Assembly (NCBI RefSeq): GCF_006345805.1 | Contig: NC_043002.1 | Coordinates: forward strand, 11,842,001-11,906,000 | Origin: Octopus sinensis | Taxonomy: Eukaryota | DNA: 64,000 nt | Direction: 5' to 3' | Shown: positions 55,641 to 64,000 of the stretch, one piece after another | Position numbering within the stretch: position 1 is the stretch's first letter | Layout of the letters: every line of letters starts with the position of its first letter | The notes under the pieces: generated by a model | What the model was told of the DNA's origin: nothing | The model's database searches: none | The model's input: only the letters and a program-made list of their open reading frames with translations | Position numbers and translations under genes: made by a program

Positions 55641-55722
55641 CTACCTCTGATCAGCGTAGGGTTATATAATCGGATTGTTACCTAACTCTCCGTTGTACCA
55701 CTAGCGCGAAACCGATTGGTAG
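55641..55722 (+). ncRNA. Decayed hammerhead motif
   Basis: CTACCT-CTGATCA-GCGTAG...CTAGCGC-GAAAC-CG-ATT-GGTAG. G8 is mutated and the stem I register is slipped. Confidence 0.45.
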
Positions 55723-55788
55723 GATCGGCTGTAATGGATATTTAATACTCTACACTTCGGATAATACATACATACATACATACATACA

Positions 55789-55820
<32 letters not shown>

Positions 55821-56077
55821 CATACATACATACATATATATATATTTAAGTAGGTGAATGAATTATCCTATGTTTATCGTTATCATGGAAAATTCGTTTA
55901 ACCGAAACCTGGGTAGCAAATTCACGTCAGAAAACACGGTTGAAGCGACCTGTCAAGGGTAGAAACTCCGGGTTCATGTGGAGAAATTTGTGTGGTGTAT
56001 ATGAATAAATGAAAGAATGGTGTCGAACGAAGATGTTAACAAAATTCCTTTACCTATCCGTCTGTAAGTTGTAACTA

Positions 56078-56118
<41 letters not shown>

Positions 56119-56144
56119 GTCTCTCTGTCTCTCTGTCTCTCCCT

Positions 56145-56235
<91 letters not shown>

Positions 56236-56237
<2 letters not shown>

Positions 56238-56399
56238 CCGGAGTAAACACATAAATGTGAAACAAGGTGGAAAAAAGAGTACTCAAATACCAGTGGTAGA
56301 GTAATATGCTTTATTTAAAGCTGCACAAAATTCAACAAAACCTGTTACGGGAAACTCAGAGTAACAGGTTTTGTTGAATTTTCTGCTGCTTTAAATAAA

Positions 56400-56400
<1 letters not shown>
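56236..56400. repeat. Short PLE-like relic with a 40-bp inverted repeat, between (TA)n tracts
   Basis: Arms 56309-56348 and 56361-56400 have 2 mismatches. The spacer contains GAAAC. The 5' part resembles 1172-1258. Confidence 0.75.
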
Positions 56401-56431
<31 letters not shown>

Positions 56432-56436
<5 letters not shown>

Positions 56437-56996
56437 ACGGGCTTCGTGCACTTTCCGTCCACTAAATTCATTCACAGAGCTTTGGACGGCCTAGTGCTGT
56501 AGGAGATGTAGGGTAAAATTCCCACGCGGTGGGACTGAATGCAAGTAAACATGGTTGGGAAGGTAGCTTCTTAATCACGCAGCCAATTGTAGATATACAG
56601 GAGGGGCTGTGTGGTAAGTAACTTGCTTACCAACCACATGGTTCCGTGTTCAGTCCCTCTGCGTGGCACCTTGGACAAGTGTCTTCTACTATAGGCTCGG
56701 GCCGACCAAAGCCTTGTGAGTGGATTTGGTAGACGGAAAAGGAAAGAAGTCTGTCGTATATATGTATATATATATGTTTATGTGTGTATATGTTTGTGTG
56801 TCTGTGTTTGGCTCCCCAACATCGCTTGGCAACCGATGGTGGTGTGTTTACATCCTCGTAACTTAGCAGTTCGGCAAAAGAGACCGATAGAATAAGTACT
56901 AGGCTTCCAAAGAATAAGTCTTGGAGTGGATTTGCTTGACTATAGGATGTGCTCCAGCATGGCGGCAGTGAAATGACTGAAACAAGTAAAAGTAAA
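56432..56996. mobile_element. Head-to-head SINE A pair (56432-56584 minus, degenerate; 56597-56996 plus, full)
   Basis: Homology to other SINE A copies. Confidence 0.8.
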
Positions 56997-57625
56997 GTGG
57001 TGTTGCCTTTATTTATTTCATAAAGAATATGTACAAAACCAGAAGAAGTGCCGCCAAACATTTTGCTCGAAAGGACGTCATCAATGTGATGTGAGGGAGA
57101 TTTGGTCACGACTATTAGAGATAAGCGACAATGTAGTGGCTCTCTCGTTGGCTCGCTTCTTTGGTATTACATTTGTAACAGCCTTAAATGTGAGGTTATT
57201 CAATAATAGAAAACCACTGTGTTGATGAATGTACGCATACATTCATAACTAATCGCGAAAACATGGATGCAAATGTACATAGATCTGTGCCTCTGTATTT
57301 CTTAAAAGTGTGCTTGGAAGAAAGAAATGAGCATTGATTAGCAAGTCGACCATTAACCAACGTGATCACATGTTAAAGACAACAACATGTGATTTTAGAA
57401 AGATTTGGTTGCTACTTCTATCAGAGTGAGCGATCAACGAGAAAGAGGCCCCTTCGTTGACTCGTTCCAAAGTTAGGGATTGACATCGGTTACTGTTTTA
57501 GCAATCAATGTTGACGATAAAAGAATAATCATTATCGGCCACAAAGCATTTGTAACGTTTCAAAACGACCGTCTAAAGGTCAATCCTCTTCAGAGGCAGA
57601 AAATATATTTCAGCCCAAATTAAGT

Positions 57626-57945
57626 CATGGCGTCCTTGACTTACTATACATGGAGCTGTTCTTCACTCCTGCTCAGAGCGTCGGCTGCGGGATCACTCCG
57701 AAAAGCTCTATCTGCGACGATTTCATCTCAATCAAAGGAGAGGGGCTTTCTCCGTCCGGGTTGCGGATCCGTGGAATAAGCTGCCGGACGAGATAGTGAA
57801 GATGCCGACGACCGCTCGGTTCAAAGTCTCTCTTGACCAGAAATGGCCTGAACACTTTGCATGAACACCCTCCCTGTACATAACTCCATGTCTCCCTACA
57901 TGGCCTTGCTTTTTGCTTTTTGAGCCAAAAAATTAACTTAACTAT
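57626..57945 (+). pseudogene. CR1/L2-type LINE 3' end
   Basis: RRLRDHSEKLYLRRFHLNQRRGAFSVRVADPWNKLPDEIVKMPTTARFKVSLDQKW...* followed by a short 3' UTR ending in TAACT repeats. Confidence 0.8.
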
Positions 57946-59489
57946 TTAAGCCAGTTCAATTATAGCCAGAAGTTAGTTACCATGTCTTTTCATTGACCTT
58001 CCAAACGCGTGATATTGACTCAGTAAATGCCCAGTCGTCTATAAGCCACTGTCTGCAGGAAAACATGTGGAAATGAAGGAAACCATGATTCTCATCCAAA
58101 TAAATACAACAGAAGGAAGTCTGTAAAAGACGCAAAAACATCAAAGAACATAGTGATGAAGTTTGTTGTTGCTGATACAAATCTCTCTCTAAATTCGCAT
58201 GTTGTGGTTTTGTTGTGTGGACGCCCCCAGACGATGAAGTAGGCAAGCCCAATACGAAGATATAGAGGGAGAAGCCTAGACGTCAGAGTTCAGACTAGAA
58301 CAAAGTAGAGTTGAGTAGTAGAAGCATCCGAACGTGCGACATAACAGGTTTTAAAAGTGGACTAAGTTGAATAATATGAACTTGTGCTCACTAAACGTAG
58401 ACAAAAGCCTGAGTGGCCACGACTGGAATGCTTTTGATTCCATGCCTGGTCGATGGGTGTTTATCTGAGTCTATAACGTCGGCAATTAACTTTGCAAAAA
58501 TGGCAAGATTTTTGGAAAAGAAATATCGGGTTGTCAGATGAATTTCTGTTTTCTACTTAGCACTCCATCATCATGTGTCTGATAAGAAGGCATGTTTATT
58601 CAGATTTCAAAAACGATTAACAAAAGTTGCAGAGGAAGAACAGAGCTACAGAAATCCTATAAAATGCAACGATAAAAATATTTTCGTGTATTTAAATGAC
58701 ATTGAAACAAGATTAAAATAAATGGGTAAGATGAAAAAAAAACATAAATGAACGAATTTATCTGACAACCAGATATAGTTCCATTTAATCAATTCATACA
58801 CTGCGACGAATGGATAAAAATGTTTGAAGGGTGGAGCTGGGGGTGATATCCGAGGTCAACCTCAGTACAATATGAACTAAGAACTTTCATATACATCCTT
58901 AAATACCTCCATACAGAACAGCTTTGAAACAGTGAAATAATGGTGATTAATATGGCGAAGTGGCTGCTTTATATGTCTTTATTCGACAAAATCAGAATGA
59001 AATCATTATAGGTTTAATGTCACAAATTGATTCTGGAATGAAGATGGCATTGTATAGCGATCATTTGTTTATCCAGAACATTATCTATTTCATGTGGCAT
59101 TACTTAGCACAAATGTCAATAATCTTAATGGTACCCAACCCAGCCAAATGTTATCACTTCCGTAACCCGAACTCTACATAACTACTAACCGTGTGATTCT
59201 ACTTTGTGGTTATATAAAGTAATATCATCAGGAGACCACAGAAAATATGGTATCTGTATAAAGTTAAACGAAACGATCACACCCTCATTTGTCTTGTTAC
59301 TATAATGTGAATAATTTAGATGGCAGCAATAGGCAATGATACATTTCGATTACGAACGGGAAAAAGGTCTCTATAATGTATCCAGTTTCTTTGAACAGTC
59401 TGATTAAAAGACTAATATAATGGCTCCATTTATATTTAATGTGATGTAGATCCAAAGTCATATTCAAATTCCAAAACAGACCTCTCCTG

Positions 59490-59491
59490 CT

Positions 59492-59564
<73 letters not shown>

Positions 59565-59663
59565 ATATATATTATATATGTATATGTATCTATCTATCTA
59601 TATATATATATATGGATGTATATATATATAATATATATATTTATATCTGTATATGTATCTATG

Positions 59664-59756
<93 letters not shown>

Positions 59757-59801
59757 ATATATATATATATGTATAAAATATACATATATTATATATATTA
59801 T

Positions 59802-59844
<43 letters not shown>

Positions 59845-60053
59845 ACGTGTGTGTAAGGTAGTATACACTAAATTCAAATATATATATATTTCTACTCATA
59901 TAATTATGATGGTTATCACCCAGCTTCGCTTCTAATGCCCACGTTTTCCACCGTTCAACAGCTACAAACTCGTACCTTCTTTCACATATAATGTTCGTGC
60001 GTGTGTGTATGATATATATGTTATGCATATTGTAAGTATTATGTGTTTGTGTA

Positions 60054-60092
<39 letters not shown>

Positions 60093-60683
60093 GGTGTGTA
60101 TAGATATACATACACGGTGGTTTAGATAAATATACATACAGAAAGAGAGAATATTTAAATATACCTATCTCTATTCCACAGAGATAGACATATGGAAATA
60201 TTCTCTTCACCAAAGTATACGACTGAGATCTGAAGAAGTGGAAACGGAAGAAAAAAAAACAGCAATAAAATACAATAAACCATATATATATATATATACA
60301 TATGTGTGTGTGTGTGTGTGTATGTGTATAAATTAATTAAAATAAGAAAATAAATAGATAGAAACCTTAAAAATAAGAAAAAAATGTTAACTGAACACAT
60401 AAAATTGGTTGCCATCAACTGAAACTAAACCAGATAAAAGCACCAACCATTGAAAGTTATAGCTGTAGCGATATTTCTGAATTAATATCATCTGAGATTG
60501 CAATATAAATATTTTCAATATTGGCGAGCTGGAAGGGACAATGGAATGGCAAAAATGGTAGAGTGCCAGACTAAATAATTATGATTATTATCATTTGACG
60601 GCCCCTCTGTAATTTCAGTTCTTCTTCAACTGATCTGTTTACTAGACTCTCATAGAAGCCATAACGCAGACACAGAAACACGC

Positions 60684-60721
<38 letters not shown>

Positions 60722-61060
60722 ACACACACACAGATATGTATATGTACGTATATTTATATATAAATATATATATCTTTAAGATTACATATATTTTTGTACG
60801 TATATCTAACTATATATATATGCATATACATACATACATACGTGTACATATATTTATATAAATGCACGTACGTGTATATATATATATATATATATATACT
60901 TCGAATATACACAAACACAAATATATAAGCATTACAATACATTCTATATCAGGGTGTGTACATGCATATTTCGAGGATTTCAATATACTACATGTGAAAG
61001 ACAAAATGTGTGTGTGTGTGTGTGTGTGTATGCAAGCAAAGATTTGTTTGTGTGTATGTG
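59490..61060. repeat. (TA)/(TG)/(CA) microsatellite-rich region
   Basis: Directly visible. Confidence 0.9.
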
Positions 61061-61484
61061 TGCATATTTATTTGCCCCTGTATGCACTGGCTTGGGCAAG
61101 TTTCTTGTTTGCTCTTCTTTATTCTAAGTGTACTTCATTAATTATCCGTACATAAAACTTCAATCCCCACGGCACTCGTCCCAAAGGAAACGCCGACTCA
61201 TCCCAAAGTAAACGCCAACAAAACCGTGGCGTTAATTTCATTGCTAGTATTATTTTCAGAAAACAAAATGTCGGGACAAAGGACCAACTCCTGTGGTCTT
61301 AGTTTCTAACGATTCAGCCACATAAGGACGAACGGCAAAATGAATGCTGTGTGTGTGTGTGTATTTATGTGTGTGTGTGTGTGAGCAGTTGATGTAAAGG
61401 TCGGCGATAAAATGATCAAAACCCTAATGCCCTCTGAATTAATTGTTTGGCAATATTCTTTCTTCCTCTTATCAATAATAATGG

Positions 61485-61700
61485 TTTCAAATTTTGCCGC
61501 AACGGTAGCCATTTTGGAGGAGCGGACAAAGTCGATTACATCGTGCCCCAATTCTTCACTTGTACTTATTTAAATGTTTCCCCTAAAGGATGAAAGGCAA
61601 AGTCGACTTCGGTAGAATTTGAAATCAGAACGTAAAGACGGACGAAATGCTACTAAGCATTCCATCCGGCGAGCTGAAGATTCTGCTTGCTCGCTGCTTT
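61485..61700 (-). mobile_element. SINE family B monomer
   Basis: Homology to other SINE B copies. Confidence 0.75.
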
Positions 61701-61740
61701 CAGTAATGATAATAATAAAAATAAAAATTAAAATAATAAT

Positions 61741-61774
<34 letters not shown>

Positions 61775-61785
61775 ACAACAACAAC

Positions 61786-61820
<35 letters not shown>

Positions 61821-61887
61821 TCAGCATGGCCTCAGCCGGATGGCTGAAACAAGTAAAAGAGTAAAAGAGTAATAGAAGTAGAAATAA

Positions 61888-61920
<33 letters not shown>

Positions 61921-61927
61921 TAATGAT

Positions 61928-62304
61928 AAGACTAAAACAATACCTGTTGTCATAGGTGCGCTAGGAACGATAGCAAAAGAGGCTGATTGCTACCTAGCTC
62001 AGATACCAGGAAACCCCAAAATCGCAGAAATTCGAAAGATAGAGCTCATGGGAATAGAGCCCCTATCCTACGTAAAATACTATCTGTGTAATCTCAAATT
62101 CTAAAACAAACACATTTTTATGGTTTCTTAAACATTCTCTAGAATACCACTCTATGTACAACGCCAAATATATGGCACTCTAGGCACAACACCAATATGA
62201 ACTTCTAGCTTGCTGTCTCTTGAGGTCCCTGGGTGAGACTTGGAGCCAACTTGTACAAATGCAAAGCAAAAGTCAAACATAAAATAATTAAGATAATAAT
62301 AATA

Positions 62305-62370
<66 letters not shown>
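61928..62370 (+). pseudogene. R4/Dong LINE extreme 3' end with (TAA)n tail
   Basis: KTIPVVIGALGTIAKEADCYLAQIPGNPKIAEIRKIELMG/ILRKILSV*, then a 3' UTR and (TAA)n at ~62291-62370. Confidence 0.85.
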
Positions 62371-62372
<2 letters not shown>

Positions 62373-62438
62373 TGAATAAAGTGGCAGACTTTTGGTGCGT
62401 GACTCTTGGCCAACACTATTTTTGTGAGTACGTATATG

Positions 62439-62476
<38 letters not shown>

Positions 62477-62533
62477 TATATATATAGATCGCTAATCACT
62501 ACACATTCTTTTTCTCTCCTTGTTTCTGTGTTA

Positions 62534-62569
62534 CTTTCTGTGGAAGAGCATAGGCTCGAAACGTTAAAG
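62534..62569 (+). ncRNA. Minimal hammerhead motif with extra A and an A6>U change
   Basis: CTTT-CTGTGGA-A-GAGC atag GCTC-GAAAC-GTT-AAAG, inside a ~150-bp relic between (TA)n tracts. Confidence 0.55.
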
Positions 62570-62658
62570 CCTTTTCACTTACCGAGCGTTAAACTAACAC
62601 ATCTGTTTGTTGTCTATACCACCTGTCTTCGACTTTTGTTTTTATTGTGAATTCTTCC

Positions 62659-62728
<70 letters not shown>

Positions 62729-62829
62729 ACATTTCTATATACATTTCTATTTATTGGCGGCGGCGTTTAATCGTGTGCCCGATAATTTATTTGTTTCTTC
62801 TGGACCACTTCTTCTCCGCTGTCCAAATT

Positions 62830-63295
62830 TATGTCTCTCATGACTAATGAGGGCGTTTCCTCTGTAAAGCGTCTGTTGTAAAGTTCACAAGCGATCCGTG
62901 GTGGAAGCTTTGGTTGTTGCAGCTTTCATTTTCTTTCCTGTCGTTTCTCTTTCCCTTTCCTCTGTCATTCAGCTTCAGACTGATCCGTTACAGTAGAGAT
63001 GGAATGAGGCCAGCAGGGGCCTGTCCTGAGATTCATTGTTTTGGCATCGATTCCAGTCAGTTTTATGATTTGCTTCAGCTGGTCTTTGAATCGAACGAGG
63101 GGACTACCAGGAGTCTTCTTCCAGTGAAAAGTTCACCATATAACATTTGACGGGCTAGCTTGGTTTCTTTCATTCTTGCCACGTGGCTCTCCCATCGCAG
63201 ACGATGTTTCAGGATGGTAGCCTCGATGCTGCTGCCTTTCGTTCCGTCCAAAACGGAGACACCGGTCACAGAGTCGTTCCATTTAATATTCATAA
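62830..63295 (-). pseudogene. RTE-clade LINE 3' fragment
   Basis: IKWNDSVT..SVL....SSIEATILKHRLRWESHVARMKETKLARQMLYGELFTGRR matches the RTE C-terminal LRWxGHVxRM...LYGEL..G.R pattern. Confidence 0.85.
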
Positions 63296-63373
63296 TAGAG
63301 CGGAGCTTCTGCTTATGAATATGTATATATATAGATATATATCATTCGATATATTATACAATATTCATATTTT

Positions 63374-63467
63374 ATATCTCTGAAGAGTAGAAGGGTTCTC
63401 TATAAATGCTTATCAAAATAGGATTTCACTATAGGGACAGTTCTTCTGCGAAACGTTCGTAAGATGC
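63374..63467 (+). ncRNA. Decayed hammerhead motif with long helix II
   Basis: CTGAAGA-GTAGAAG...CTTCTGC-GAAAC-GTT. Stem II has 7 bp; stem I is poor. Confidence 0.5.
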
Positions 63468-63648
63468 TTAAATAATTAATTCAAAATTTTTAAATTATCA
63501 AATATATTTTATACATTATATTTTTATTTTTATATTTATTTATTTATATATATTTTTAATGCAATAATTTCTTTCACACGGGTATATCTTTATGATGAGT
63601 TTGGATATTGATTTTCTTTATTAATAATAATAACATATTATTAAAAAA

Positions 63649-63690
<42 letters not shown>

Positions 63691-63694
63691 ATAT

Positions 63695-63729
<35 letters not shown>

Positions 63730-63802
63730 GGTCCCGGGTTGATTCGGGGTTAACCACAGTAAATAAGGTACTCAATACATAGCAGAGTAAAATTAATTAT
63801 TA

Positions 63803-63917
63803 TATAGAAGGAGCTTCTACAGGACTAGAACTGTTTCATTCAAGAGAAATCTTCAGGAAGCTCCTGAAGATTTCTCTTGAATGAAACAGTTCTAGTCCTG
63901 TAGAAGCCCCTTCTATA
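63803..63917. repeat. Fold-back palindrome (55-bp arms, 1 mismatch) whose arms carry CTGAAGA...GAAAC hammerhead cores
   Basis: Arms 63803-63857 and 63863-63917 flank an AAGCT spacer. (TA)n is on both sides of the relic. Confidence 0.9.
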
Positions 63918-64000
63918 AATAATATATATATATATATATATATTATCGGCTGTATATACATAATGTGTGTTTTACTTCTACGCCAATTTGCTGCAGGATA

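Noticed and set aside
57960-58260. Higher-complexity stretch with an AG acceptor-like site and a ~60-codon open frame
   Set aside because: No recognisable domain or donor site, so it cannot be supported as an exon.
60226-60246. CTGAAGA-AGTG-GAAAC
   Set aside because: No stem II, cleavage triplet or stem I.

Overview
AT-rich, repeat-saturated eukaryotic DNA. I infer a coleoid cephalopod, probably Octopus, from the recognisable tRNA-derived SINE families and the extreme microsatellite load. I could not identify any host protein-coding exon, so the window looks intergenic or deep-intronic, and most ORFs in the supplied track are microsatellite translations. It contains: (1) three abundant tRNA-headed SINE families, called A, B and C here; (2) decayed LINE fragments of the L1/Tx1, R4/Dong, CR1 and RTE clades; (3) three MITE-like elements with TIRs; (4) many short AT-rich relics next to (TA)n tracts, several of them fold-back palindromes. 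The most interesting signal is about 12 minimal type I hammerhead-ribozyme (HHR) motifs of the Penelope-like element (PLE) type. Two have intact cores and palindromic helix III (21209-21308 minus, 43222-43272 plus) and a third is nearly intact (285-353 minus). Other notable observations are four-way module swapping among SINE C copies, a four-unit SINE B concatemer flanked by an 18-bp direct repeat, a tRNA-like head abutting an HHR module, and Dong/R4 fragments joined to (AAT)n tracts. All structures and alignments were read by eye; no folding or database searches were run.
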